Assembly (NCBI GenBank): GCA_051362555.1
Contig: CM120643.1
Location: 5,208,001-5,272,000 of the forward strand
Direction: 5' to 3'
DNA length: 64,000 nt
Origin: Lingula anatina
Lineage: Eukaryota > Animalia > Brachiopoda
Shown piece by piece: positions 1 through 13,900 of the stretch. Both the position numbers and the translations under genes were made by a program. The notes below the pieces were generated by a model. The model was not told the DNA's origin, did not search any database, and saw only the letters and a program-made list of their open reading frames with translations. How positions within the stretch are numbered: position 1 is the stretch's first letter; each line of letters opens with the position of its first letter.

Positions 1-3
1 TAA

Positions 4-415
4 GAAGAATGGGACAATATCCCACATAACAGAATTGTTACCCGTGTTGAAGGCTCGTCGCGCGGTCTACAGGAGATAATTGCAGTACGCGGTAGATGCA
101 CACTCTGTTAGGCACATGACCTTTAACGAAATTTGGTGACATTTGATGGCGTCTTTTCAATTAAATAGACATTTCTTTACATCTGTAGAAGTAACAGTGA
201 AACAGTGGATTTGAGGGGGTACCTCTTATAAATTTTACTAAATGGTATAAAATATGTATATTTTCACCACTATTTTGTATTTTTTTAACCATTAATCATG
301 TTAGACACGGTATCTGTAATAAAACGCACTATTTCTAACAATTTACAGCTGTGAGGTGATCATTTGTAAATAAAAGTACATGGAAATGGGGGTGGGACAA
401 CCTTTACCAATATTG
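4..415 (+). mobile_element. 3' end of a degenerate Tc1-like transposon (transposase C-terminus at 4-111)
   Basis: EEWDNIPHNRIVTRVEGSSRGLQEIIAVRGRCTLC* resembles the Tc1 C-terminal pattern EEWxxIP...SMPRR...VI...GGxTxY; the right end (~415) is approximate. Confidence 0.6.
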
Positions 416-572
416 TATATATTTTTTATTGATGATTTCATGTTTTCAGTAGTGATGATCGAAGGCGTGTTTTTTGCATTATCATCACACTAAAGACAGC
501 TGAATTCATCTGTTCACCAACTAGTTCTACAACATTACAGCATCAGCAAAAAAAGGTCAGTGCAACAACTTA

Positions 573-796
573 GACTCCGTTCACATGAAAAATCTATTTT
601 CTAAAAATCTATTTTCTATTCGCGGTATCTTGTGATCACTCAGAGTGCAACCGAGAATTAATTACAGCTTTGGAAGTAACTGGCTCGCGCTGCCAGTAAT
701 TACACCGCGGGGTATTCAGGGCACAGACAGTGATCACAAGATAAGGCGAATAGAAAATAGATTTTTAGAAAATAGATTTTTCATGTGAACGAGGCC
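573..796. mobile_element. PIF/Harbinger (Tourist-like) palindromic MITE, family A
   Basis: ~70-bp inverted arms (GTTCACATGAAAAATCTATTTTCT...), TTA on both sides; related copy at 14591-14738. Confidence 0.8.
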
Positions 797-1040
797 TTAA
801 TTGCTACATTGGTGATTCTTGGTCATCCCATTGTAACCACCATTATATGTTGTAACTGAGAAATTAATATTTGTAAATGGGTTACTTAGATCTAAATCAG
901 TTTTAGATATGTTCAAGGTGACACAAAGGTTAATGAGAACTGTTCGGAGTTGGGGGAGAGTGTTCGCTTAGCAAAAATTTTGATATATATATATAACAAG
1001 CGTGAATGTGGAACAGAGTGCTCAACAGTACGGAGCATTT

Positions 1041-1211
1041 GTACACAATTAAAATAAATAAATAAATAAATAAACAAAAGACATGCAAAAACCCCGACTC
1101 CGAGTTTCACGGGCATACCCAGAAGGTATGCCCGATCGTCAGGAGGTTTATTTGAAAATGGTTTTTGCATGTCTTTTGTTTATTTATTTATTAATTAATT
1201 TTAATTGTGTG
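1041..1211. repeat. Short foldback element
   Basis: ACACAATTAAAA..ATAAATAAACAAAAGACATGCAAAAACC has its reverse complement at ~1160-1211. Confidence 0.75.
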
Positions 1212-1248
1212 TATATATATATATATATGATGATATGTGACGATAATC

Positions 1249-1480
1249 CAGGAAATACACCTTCACCTCTACTGAAAATATAATACATCATCAATAAAAA
1301 ATATATGTAGACATATACAGTAGTTACAACATAGAAATAACAGTGATCAGGTTATATTATTATATTATAATAAACACATACAGGGACAGACAGTGATCAG
1401 AATACATACAGTCACATTCAATGTCACAACAGACAATGCACAGGCACCAGAATGTATACTTGGAATTTCGTGTGTGTGTG

Positions 1481-1543
<63 letters not shown>

Positions 1544-1792
1544 AATTCCATAATATAATATAATAATATAATAATGCCTGATGCCTGTGCATTGTCTGTT
1601 GTGACATTGAATGTGTCTGTACGTATTCTGATCACTGTCTATGTCTTAATTGTTGCTGTATGTGTTTATTATAATATAACAATATTACTTGATCACTGTT
1701 ATTTCTGTGTTGTAATTACTGTATCATGTCTATAAATATTTTTATTGGTGATGTATTATCCGTTTTCAGTATAGATGAAGGTATATTTCCTG
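1249..1792. repeat. ~540-bp foldback with a (TG)n(TA)n(CA)n palindromic centre
   Basis: Arms ~1249-1452 and ~1577-1792 are reverse complements; the centre 1461-1550 reads TGGAATTTCG(TG)n(TA)n(CA)nCGAAATTCCA. Confidence 0.85.
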
Positions 1793-4476
1793 ACTGAGGA
1801 CAGCTGAAATGATCTCAACCTCGCAGCCTCAGCACAGGTCAGTGCATCAACGATATTGCCTTACTGGTGATTGTCTTTAATCGCAGTGTGACCATCGCCA
1901 CTATATGCTGTAACTAAGAAATTATTATTTGTAAATGGGTCACTTAGATCCAAATCAGTTTTACATATATTTTCAAGGTGACAAGGGTTTTAACATTAAA
2001 ATGTGAACTGTTGGTTGTTGGGGAGGATGAGGGTTTGCATAGCACATTTTTTGATATAGACCAAATTTCATATATTCATTCTGATGCCTGTGCATTGTCT
2101 GTTGTGACATTGGAATGTGTCTGTATGTATTCTGATCACTTTGTATGAGCTCTCTCACAAACTTTTGGATCGATCTATCTTCCTGGAGAGTCTCACTAAA
2201 TTGCGATCAACTTAACCGTCTCAAATGTCTGTCACGCCTAGTAAAGCTGTTAGGGGATAATTATCTTTACCCTAGCTGATTCGGTAGGCGTGACAGACAT
2301 TTAAGCCTTTTTATAATATAATAATGTATTTTGATCATTGTGTTATGTCTGTGTTGTAACTACTGTATATGTCTACATATATATTTCTTATTGATGATTT
2401 ATTATGTGTTTTCAGTAGACCTTTTTCATCTTTTGCAGAAATTAGAAGTGCATGTGACAGGACCCGCGTGCCAGAGGGGTCATTGTAGTCCTTTGCTGTT
2501 TCCAGCATGGCACCGCTAGGTGTAGATGATGTACAGGATGCGTGCTCTGCTTTGTGTCATTTCCATAAAAATGGCCCAATCATGCTTATTTAGAACTTGA
2601 CCTGCATATTATGAATATTCATCACTTCTGTAAGTTTCAAGCCAAAAAGTAAAATGGTTTTCCACTTATCATGTTATTGGTGTTGCATATATGCTGAAAA
2701 AGGTGAAAAAACAGTATAACTTCCATAAAAATGGCCCAATCATGCTGTTTTTTTAATTTGACTTGTGTATTATGAATATTCATCAGTTCTGTAAGTTTTA
2801 AGCCAAAAGGTAAAATGGTTTTTCGACGAAGATGACGGTGGCACCGACGACAGACACTGGTGACAGCTATATGTACAGAAACATCTGTCTGCACATAGAA
2901 AGGAAAAGCGAAAAAATGTTTCTTAACTAGGGGATCTCAACTTAGAACTTTCATTATTTTAAATAAATGCCATACTGTCAAAGTGCTAAATATGCCAGTT
3001 GTGTGCAATAAAAACAAGAATGAACAACACAAATGTATAAAAAAAGCTACACTAATAAGAACACCAATAAGCAAAATTGAAATTGTTTTCTTTATCCAAG
3101 TACCATCAAACTCTTTTCTTGGGCAATGGTGTGTTGTCCAAGATAAGAAGGTGGTTAGATCTCCTGCCATGACAATTGCCACACTTAGACTGGGAGCCAA
3201 CACCCTTTGTTACCTGAAAGCACAACTCTTTATTGAAGAACTGCTGCACAGTGGGTGCACTGTTGGCTCTACATGCCCTTTCATGTCTTGAAAAATGCTG
3301 CTTAAATCAGTCCTGACAGCACACTTTTCACTGGCTCCTAAAGCAAATCTTTACATAGCTCTAGGAAGGAATTGGCAGTAAAACAGTAAATAACAACTAG
3401 AGGATCAGAGAGGCCATACTACCTCCGGGTACAGTACCAGCAGCTGGAATAACACATTTGTATGGAAATCACAACAAAGGCAGCAAAGCTGTCAAATGTA
3501 CAGACAAGCAGAAAATAAAGATGCTGAAAATAGGTGATTTTTTTAAATATTGATGCAATAATAAATAATGCTTATAACAGCACACTCAATCAACACTAAA
3601 ATTTAATTATGAACTGGTAACATGGTCAATAAGATTACAGTTTCAGGACTGTGAGAGTTCAAATTCACATAATGAAAATCCCTATATGTGAAAAATGATG
3701 ACATTGCATAAAATAATACTACACAATGTTTAAAGACATTTACAAACTGTATCTGGCAGAGAACTTCACCAATGGGAGCTTACAGGGAAATCTCAACACA
3801 TGTGTTGTATGCAATCTCATTTAATTTAAATAATATTCATAAGTAACACAGAAAGTTATATTTTTGCAGGTAAAATAATGAATTTGGAAAAAATGTATTG
3901 TATTTGTATATATTGTATACATATGGATTTATTATTACCATTATTTAAATGTTATTATTTGCTGAAGGGCACAAAAACATGTTTTTTAATGGAAGAGGGG
4001 GTGTTTGACACAGTAACTTATTGTGAGGTAGTAACCTAGCAAGTTTTAGGTCTTAATGTTAAAAAAAATAATAATAAAGGCCTTGCTGAGTGTGGGCTGA
4101 AATTTCTTTAAATGTGCTGGTGTTACTGTACAATGGTGCGATTAATTACAATAAACAGACTTCTTTTAAATTAAACCTCAGCAATTAAAGATATACTTGA
4201 ATATAAAAACCTTTATAATTCTACAATGTTGTGCAAGAACTTACATATTTTTCAAATAATTTCTTGAGCACCGTGCAGCTACATAAGCAGCTAATAAGTC
4301 TTTAAGATATATAGTTTGTAAAACTCTACACATGGATTTGTGTTATATATTTACCAATATGAAATATGAAGTCAACTAATATTTTTGAGTTACTAAACGC
4401 ACTTTAACACACCTGAGAATTTAACTGCATCCAGTCTAACAATACAGAGCACAAGTAACTGCACGATCATTACATA

Positions 4477-4750
4477 CACTAGTGGGCTAGATTTGGTCTT
4501 AAAGTGCAATTTAAGTTCACAAGTGATCTTACACAATCTTAATCATTACAGCAGTAGTCTTAAAATGGACTGAAGCTGCTTTTAAGGTCAAAAATGATCT
4601 AACATTGACTTAAGTGGCCAAGCAGTTTCCTCCCCTCACAATAGAGGACACCTCTGCTCACAATAGGAGAATGTGTAAGGGGAGACGACTTAATTGGCTG
4701 TCAGACTAGAAATGGTCTTACTCATGTTTTAAGATCACGTAAGACTATAT
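4477..4750. mobile_element. Truncated copy of the CACTA-ended MITE seen complete at 51733-52072
   Basis: CACTAGTGGGCTAGATTTGGTCTTAAAGTGCAATTTAAG and the interior match 51733-52072 in reverse orientation. Confidence 0.75.
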
Positions 4751-5871
4751 ATAAATACACGCATTTATCCAACTTCTCTAACCCTTCTATCAATATTAAC
4801 ATCGATTTAAAAAACCTACGACATATTTTTTTACTGAAACAATGCATGGGAATCCTCTATAAAATCTGCAAGCTTCGCATGGAAATCCATTGTTTATATC
4901 TACAGGTAGCAGTGCACAAGATCAATTCTGATGGAATATTACATAATGATTAACAGTATAATTACCACCAATTTTTAATAATCTACTATAAATAACATGG
5001 ACACTTAAAAAATTTGATTACCATTGGGCTTTATGCCCATGGGATTTTGAAGTCCTATATTGAAAATGTCAATATGTGAAAAAATGAAAATTTCACAAAA
5101 ATGCACAACTTCCAGAAAAGAAGCCAATTAGACTGCTTTACCAGCTCAGACTGTATTTTAGTCCTATGTTACTTTCTGTAAGTTTGAGAATCATAAGCAA
5201 TGAATCTTCATTGTCATCATGACAAGTGTCCAAAATAACCCATTTCTTCAATTTTGATGCAACATTACATGTACATAATGCTTACATGTAACAGCATAAC
5301 TACCATCAATCTTCAATAATAAAATATCAGTATCATGGATATTTAGAAAATGTGTTTAGCAAGGCTTCAAGCCCATGGAGGTTCAAAGTCACAAATGAAA
5401 ATGCTAATAATGTCTAAGATAGAGTTTTCTTTAATTTTGATGCAATATCGCATAATATTTAACAGCATAATCATCCCAGAACTTTAATCATGCACTGCAG
5501 GTAACATGGATATTTAGAAAATGTGATTAGTAAAGGTCTTCTGGCCCATGGATCTTCAAGTCACACTTTGAAAATACCAAAATGTAAACAAGAGATAACT
5601 GTACTGAAATACAGTTTCTTTCCACTTTCAACACTTTTTACATAAAATAATCATTTTACTGTCATTTTTATATGATCAACAAGGAAAACTGTTGAGATAG
5701 GATAAATATCAACAGAACAATTTCAAAAGTCCAACTTTCAGCCCAACTTCCAGTTGGACTTTGTCCATGCATATCCTGCAGATCATAGGCCCTTCAATGC
5801 CCAGAATTTGAACTTCCTTGCTCTAATGGTCTGAAAGGTGTAAGGAGAAATTAATATGTGAAAAGAATTAA

Positions 5872-6210
5872 AGGGATAATAACTGCTCGTTTTGGCCAAA
5901 AAATGAATTTTCCTGGAGTAAACAACAATTTTCCCATACTTACCAGTGGTTAATGAATTCATTTCAACATTCAAAGCTAGTTGCTGTTTTTTTTTTTCTA
6001 AAAAGTTTGTTATAATTTCTTAAGAGATTATTACAGAGTATAGCCATCTATGGAGGTCACGTGGTGCGATGACAAGCTCAGATATCAGAATAATAGCTAT
6101 AACTGTTGTTTTTGTGGTAAAACAGAATATAAATAATTATATTTCTATGAGTTGTTTACAATGTTTTTATTGTGAAATATATAGATCTCATATGAAGAGT
6201 TATTATCCAT
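5872..6210. mobile_element. TTAA-flanked non-autonomous DNA transposon (Kolobok-like)
   Basis: TTAA|AGGGATAATAACT...GAGTTATTATCCAT|TTAA; relatives at 18561-18829 and 55134-55763. Confidence 0.75.
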
Positions 6211-7687
6211 TTAAGTATTGACCATACCCCATGAACAACCCAGCCCCCAGGCACACTGAAATTCTGAAGTGCCCATGATGATAGGTCCATAAATCTCAAT
6301 AGTTTCAACTTCCAATTTCAAATGGTTTGGGGGGGGGGGGGTATTTTAGTTTTTACAATGTCAGAAGAATGAAGAATCAACCACCCCCAGTAAAGACCAA
6401 CCTCCTGTTGCACTACAATTAACGCTGAAGTCCCCACACACATCCCTGATGATAGGTCTATCATTCTCCAAAGTTTCAACTTTCTAACTCTAATGGTATT
6501 GGAGAAGATAGCAGAAATTATTAATGCACTGAGACACGGACGCATGGACAAGCAGGATAACACAATTATAATGAACTTTCATATGGCAACCCATAGATCA
6601 AGAATATGATGTGTAGTAGATCTAAGTCTGCTGTTAAGTTAACAAACTCCAGTGTGTTCCATACATGTTGCAAACTGGCATCTAAACATCTAAGTCCACA
6701 GAATTTTGAGTAACCTTTGCACCTTCCTTCATTGTACTTCAAAAAGGTATGTAGGGTCCAAGCTCAGTTAGTCAATATTTTTGGTATTTAAAATAGGAAT
6801 TTTCTCTAAAAAGTAAGAAAAAATTAGGAACTTGATGCTCTGCACAATACAAAATTACCAATTATCATTTTTATATCATCAACTAACAAAATTGCCAAGT
6901 TGATTTTGCTGATGGCAAAGTCTGTGGGCCAGTACAAGTAGGAAGTGCCACATTTCTGTGTATGTATTTTTGTGAATTTTAACATTTTAAGAACATATTT
7001 TCATTATATTTAGTCAAATCTAGCAGTACATGCAGCACAACACTTTCCCATTTATATAATTAATTTATTATTCTTGTCATATTTGTTCTGTTTTACTTTG
7101 TAAGAGACTGTATTTCTTTATATTTCTTTTTATTTCAGTTTTTACCATACTTTGTTCATACTTAGTGTTCTGTTTACACTGTGAACTCCAAAATGTAAAC
7201 AAATGTGACAAACTTCCCAGCATTACTTGCTACTTATGATATTATATGCTGAAACACATAAACACATGTAAGGCAGGTGTTTTTAACTACCTGTTTCCCA
7301 AACAATATTTATTTTCATCATATGTCAGAGGGGGGGGGGGATGAAAAATTATTATCCAAAAAAATTACTTTTTGCCACTATTAAAAAAACATTTAAGACA
7401 ATGTTAAAACACCCCCACATTTGTTATTGCCTCCTAAAACCAAGGTGGAAGAGAAAAAGACCAACAACAGTTATCACGATCACCAAAAGTCCACCAGTGT
7501 CTAGGAACTGATAAATACAATCTTACATACTGTTACAGTCTTCAGGCTTATGATTTTGTCCAAAGTTTTAGCTTGAAAAATCATAGATGCTTCATATTCT
7601 TTTATCCCTTACAATGTTGTACAATTTTGCTGCTTCTACCTGGTACCATTACCATTTTTAGCAACCATTAAAATAAAAATTATCCCA

Positions 7688-7991
7688 TCAGCTCTTTTTC
7701 TCTTCTATGCTGTCTGATTTTTCTTCTTTGTGTACTTTGGCATCTGTTTCTTTCTTTTTCCTCTTGAGCTTGTCCTTAATATTTGACAGAAACCCCTTGT
7801 TCTTGGTTGGATCCACCTCTATAAACTGACGCGTAGTTAAATTATGCACTGAACCAAAACCTATGGCCACAACAGTACATGCCAAGCAGATCACATTGTA
7901 TGGCATGCTGAAGTCGGGTGTTGGCAGGGAAACTAATAAAGTCTCTGTGTGAATCCGTAATAAAAACTCTGATGAAATGTCATCATTCAAG
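7688..7991 (-). CDS. PIGT: PIGT last coding exon ([17 protein letters not shown] helix, Lys-rich cytosolic tail, TGA)
   Basis: tttttcag acceptor at 7993-7992; phase 2 matches the preceding exon; stop at 7688-7690. Confidence 0.95.
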
Positions 7992-10900
7992 CTGAAAAAG
8001 TATAAATCATAATCAATTAAATATGTATTATATTACAATCCAACCTTCTCAGAGTAAATTTAATGGGATTTGGTACATTATGAATTTTACCTTACTATCT
8101 GCTGTAGCTGTAATAAATTAAAATTATCATTATAAGAGAGAAAAAAAATAAAAAAAAAACAAAAACATATCAGCAAACTTGCCAATTTGAGCAGATGGCA
8201 TGACAGCATCATTTTGGGGGTTAAAACTGTACTATCACTTAAAAAGATGTCTTTCACCTGAACAATCATCTGCACTGCTTTGATGCCAATTTAATCACAA
8301 GAATTCCAACCCAGTGCCAGGGTAAGTTCTTGAAAGGCTTCTGATTTGATCAGAAAAGATGTAAAAACTAGGGGATCAGAGAGGCAATACTGACTTCGGG
8401 TTTGTACCACCAGCTGAAGTCAGCATACTTCTAAGGACAACAAAACAAGGCAGCAAAGCTGTCAAATGTACAGACCAAAGGCAGAAAATAAAGATGCAGA
8501 AAACCGGTAATTTTGTCAATTTTGATAATATATAATAAATAATGCTTATAACAGCACAGTCAATCAACACTAAATTTAGTCATGTACAACAGGTAACATG
8601 GTCAATAAGATTACGGTTTCAGGACCATGAGAGTTCAAATTCACATAATGAAAATCCCAATACGTGGAAAATGATGACATTGCATAAAATAATATTACAT
8701 GATGTTTTAAGACAGAAACACCAATACTATTGCTTATGTGGAAATACAGAAAATGTAGAGCTTCAGATGGATGGGAGTTAAAAGTCGCATCTTGATAATG
8801 TTTGAAAAATCAAAAAAAAAAAAAAAAAAAAGAAATAGAAAACATAACAAAAAATATTCCAATTAAGCTGCTATTCAAACTTCTAACCTAGCTGTATTAA
8901 CATGATATGGATAACCCCATTGAGTTCGAGGATAAGGCACCATTCAAAGCTGACATTAAATTGCAAAAGGGGCTAACTCTATATTTTGTAAAGCAAGGCC
9001 AGTACCAGGGGCAGATCCAGAGATATTTTCTGACAGTCTTCCAAATGATCTTTGTTAATTCGTCCTCAATATTTGACCGTCTTCCGACAGAAAATATTAG
9101 ATACCCGTCAATGTAAACTAAAAAATCTGACTGTCTTCCGGAAGACCCAGAAGATGGCCTAAATCCGCCCCTGAGTACACTATGCACTCAGACAAGTGGA
9201 AGAAGAGATAGATAGATTGGAAGCCCAGGGAGTGATACGAAAAGTAGAGCAGAGTGAGTGGGCCTCACCCATTGTTTGGGTACCCAATAAAAATGGAGCA
9301 ATTAGAATATGTGGGGATTTCAAAGTGTCTGTAAATCAAGTATTGATAGAGAAAACATACCCATTACCAGAAATTGAAGACATGTTTGCCAACATGGGAA
9401 CAGGGACAGTATTTTCAAAGACAGACTTATCTATTGCATACCAGCAAATGGAGCTAACAGCGATGGCTGCTTAAGGAAGACTAAAAGTTACTCCAGACCA
9501 ACCTTACATTTTAAGGACTCCTCAGCTGAAAATAAAAGAAATTTTTAAGCAAAGGCAGATTCTAGAAATGACCGATTCCTTTGCTAAGGATGATTGTTAA
9601 GTGATTCCTTTCAAGTGAGATAAAGAAAGGTCTTGGAATACAAATTTCGTATAAGGTCAACTTTAAGTCTCCCTTAAAGCTAAAGGGAGATTCTGGAATA
9701 CGGGCCAAAGAATCATAAGCAACATGGTTTACCCTTAATGGTCATCCTGGCAGCAGTGTCCAAATGGGGTTTTCTTCCACTTTTATGCAATATTACATAA
9801 TGCTTAACAGCATAATGACCATCAATTTTTAATAATAAAATAAAAGTATCATGGATATTCAGAAAATGTGACTAGCAAAGGTCTTCAAGCCCATGGAGGG
9901 TCAAAGTCACACCTTGAAAATGCCAATTTGTGAAAAATCAAATTTTCACAAAAATGTGCAACTTCCTGAAAAATCAACCAATCAGACTTGTTTACCACCT
10001 TAAGCTGCACTTAAGTCCTATGTTTCTTTCCTGTAAGTTTGAGAAGAGTTACTGACATGGTTTTCCTTTAATGGTCACTTTGGTGGCAGTGTCCAAAATA
10101 GGGTTTTCTTCAATTTTGATGCATTATTACATAATGCTGAATAGCATAGTCACACAATCATTATTAATGCACTGCAGGTAACATGGATATTTAGAAAATG
10201 TGACTAGCAAAGGTCTCTAAGTCAATGAAATTTCTAAGTCACACCTTGAAAATGCCAATATGTACACCAGAGATAACTGTGCTAAAATGAAATTCTTTCC
10301 ATTTTCAACACTTGTTTACATAAAACAAAATAATCAATTTACTGTCATTTTTATATGCTCAACTAAGAAAATTGCTGAGATGGGAAAAATATCAATAGAA
10401 CAATTTTAAATGTCCAATTTAATCCATTCTGAGATTCTAAACATACTGAAAGCTTGATTCTGAAGAACTGCAATGATATGAGTTTATTTCCATTTTTGAC
10501 ACTTGATTACACAATATAAGATTACAGGTTTACCATCAATTTTACATAATCACCTAACAATATTGCTTAGAAGCAGAAAATATCAAAAGAACACTTCTAC
10601 ATATCAAAACTAGAGGATCAGAGAGGCGATACCGCCTCCGAATATTGTATTACGAGCTGGAGTAAACGCAATCGTATAGACCCCCACACACACAAAAAAG
10701 GGACACCAAAACCAGTCTTGTGCTTGACAAGCTGTAAAAAATGCAATCAACAAGAATTCTCAAAATATGCAAAAAATATATATAACTAAAAATGGTACAA
10801 TCAAAGTTCAGTTCATAGTAAGGTAGGTCAAAGATCAATTTCAAGGTCACAGTAAATTTCCAGTATATGACTTCCTATTCAAGTTCAATAGCAACTATGG

Positions 10901-13900
10901 ACCTATCTCTGCCAGTTTTGGAGATAAAAGGGCACCAAAATTTGCAAAGTTCAATTCATGATGAAAAGTAGGTCAAAGGTCAATTTCAAGGTCACATTTA
11001 GATTGCCAGTATATGACTTCCTATTCAAGTTCAATAGTAACTATGGACCTATCTCTGCTAGTATTGGAGATAAAAGGGAACAAAATTTGCCAAGTTGAGT
11101 TCATGGTTAAAAGTAGGTCAAAGGTCAATTTTAAGGTCATAGTAAATTACCTCGTATGACTTTCTATTCAAATTCAATAGTAACTATGGGCGTATCTCTG
11201 CCAGTTTTGAAAATAAAAGCATTAAAAAGTTGCAAAGTTCAGTTTATGGTGTAAAGAAGGCCAAAGGTCAATTTCAAGGTCACATTTAGATTGCCAGTAT
11301 ATGACTTCCTATTCAAGTTCAATAGTAACCATGGACCTATCTCTGCCAGTTTTGGAGATAAAAGGGAACCAAAATTTGCAAAGTTCAGTTCATGGTTAAA
11401 AGTAGGTCAAAGGTCAATTTTAAGGTCACAGTAAATTGCCTCTAATGACTTTTTATTCAAATTCAATAGTAACTATGGGCGTATCTCTGCCAATTTTGAA
11501 AATAAAAGCATTAAAAAGTTGCAAAGTTCAGTTTATGGTGTAAAGAAGGTCAAAGGTCAATTTCAAGGTCACATTTAGATTGCCAGTATATGACTTCCTA
11601 TTCAACTTTAATAGTAACTATGGACCTATCTCTGCCAGTTTCGGAGATATAAGGGACTAAATGTTATAATTTTGGAGTTACATTAATGTGCCATAAATTT
11701 TGTACAGAAAAAATTAATTAAAATAAAGAAAAGGTCATTTTGGTCAAAATTCTTGAAATGGGAGGTGCTCTGAAGTTCCAGATGTTTAAATTTGATGAAA
11801 TAATGTCATTTTTGACCACAAGTTGTCTGCCTCGCCAAGCCTTATGTTTTATTTTTCCGGGGTTCAAAATTTATTATCCATTACCGTACTGCACATTTTG
11901 CTTTCACCACCAATATGTACTTTTTGATACAGCGTAACTTGTAAACCATATAGAATACAAAAAAACGGACACCACTTCTAGTGTTGGGCTTTACATGCTC
12001 TACAAAATGCAAAAAAGAATGGGTCTCTAGGATTAACGGTTCCCGAATTAGAGACAATTTTCAGTTTCGGTATCTTATGGCCGCTACTCCTGTGAAAATG
12101 CACCGATTGACCCCAAATTCACGGAGATGAAAGATGACCCAAAGGGTAACACTTTCCAATAATATTATTGGTTAAGTCTGTGTGGTGTCTGAATAACAGC
12201 GCAATTTTTTTTTCATAAAAAAAATTGTTTTTTTGAATATTTTGGCCCGTTTGACCTTGAAATAAAGGTCAAAGGTCAAATCCAAGGGCATATTTGAAAT
12301 CTACACATACGACTTTTGGAAACCCGTCTGTAGAAATTTTTCCCATGATTCCTTCTGTAGGGTAGATAATTAGCATTTAATTTTGCCATTTTTGGACAAG
12401 GGTGCATTGCAATGAGTGCCACACCTGACCCCAATACCGACAAAGCCCAAATTTTATATGGAACGAGTTGAGATTATAGGTGACCTAAATCCAAGAGATG
12501 GGTATGGAGGCCCTTACCGTCTAGGAGGAGAAGCAGTAACGGTAACATGGCGGCGGAGCCGGCGGAACGGACAGGACGGGACTAAAACCATGCGTACCGC
12601 CAGCGCCAATGCTGGTGGTACAATTAGTTCAGCTAGAGGATAATAGAGGCGATACCGCCTCCAAGTATTGTACCACCAGCTGGGGCAAGCACATCTGCGG
12701 GAAAAAAAAGGGACACCGCCTCCAGTGTTGTACTTGACAAGCTTTACAAAAAGCAGTTAAAGAGTTCTCTTTTTTTTTTTTTTTTTCTTCTGAAAACTAC
12801 AATTTATAACAAAATCATTGGGAAAAGTAAAAGGTAAAATCCAAGTTTGTGAAGTGCAGTTTATGGCATGAAGGAGGTCAAATTCAAGGTCACAGGAAGA
12901 CTGTCAATATATGAGTTCCTATTCAAGTTCAGTAGTATCAATGGGCATATCTGTGCCAATTTTAGAGATATAAGGGACAGAAAATTTGCAAAGATCAGTT
13001 CACTGTGAAAAGTAGGCCAAAGTTCAATTTCAAGGTAATAGTTAGATTGGCAGTATAAGACTTCCCATTCAAGTTCAATATTAACTTTGGCCGTATCTCT
13101 GCCAGTTTTGGAGATATAAGGGACAGAAATCTTACTAAAGAAAAGTAGGTCAAAGGTCAATTTGAAGGTCACAGTTAAATTGCCAGTATATGACTTCCTA
13201 TTTAACTTCAATAGTTACTAAGAGCAGTTTGGGAGATATAAGGAACTAAAATGTGGCAATTTTGGAGTTACAGTAATGTGCTATAAATTTCGTACAGAAG
13301 AAATTAATTGAAATAAAGAAAAGGTCATTTTGGTTAAAATTTATGAAATGGGAGATGCTTAGGAATTCCAGATGTTCCAATTTTAGGAAATAATGTCATT
13401 TTTGACCAGAAGATATCTGTCTCGCTGTGCCTTATGTTATCTTTTCCAGATGTTCGAAATTTTTATAACTCTATGAAAAACAAAAAAAAATGTACACCAG
13501 TGTTGGCTTGACATGCTCTATCAAATGCAAAAACACAAGATGTCTCTAGGACTTACAATTACAACTACAATTGCAACTACAGCGATGACAGATGCAGGTA
13601 ACATCTATTTGTACAGACACATCTGTCTCTGTACATAAAAAACCACCTACAATGCTGTGCTTGACAAGCTCTACAAAATGCAGTTGAAAATTACAATTTA
13701 TAACAAATTCATGGGGAAAAATAAAAGGTCAAATCCAAATTTGTAAAGCAGGGCTCGACATTAATGCTCAGGGCCACTGAAAACAAATCTGGGGCCAGTG
13801 AATCACATGTGTTTGGCCTTGAATTAAAGGTCAAAGGTCAAATCCAAAGGCATATTTGAAATCTCCACATGTGACTTTCGGTCATCCATCTATAGAAATT

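Noticed and set aside
1360-1635. Short ORFs with VCVCVC or YIYIYI runs (also 45378, 62131)
   Set aside because: Microsatellite translations.
7688-7710. Di-lysine ER-retrieval signal at the PIG-T C-terminus (..EEKKS)
   Set aside because: The lysines are at -3/-2, not the canonical -3/-4 or -3/-5, so it cannot be claimed.
8897-9187. ORFs upstream of the Gypsy RT fragment as gag/protease
   Set aside because: No recognisable gag or aspartic protease motif, and no LTRs found.
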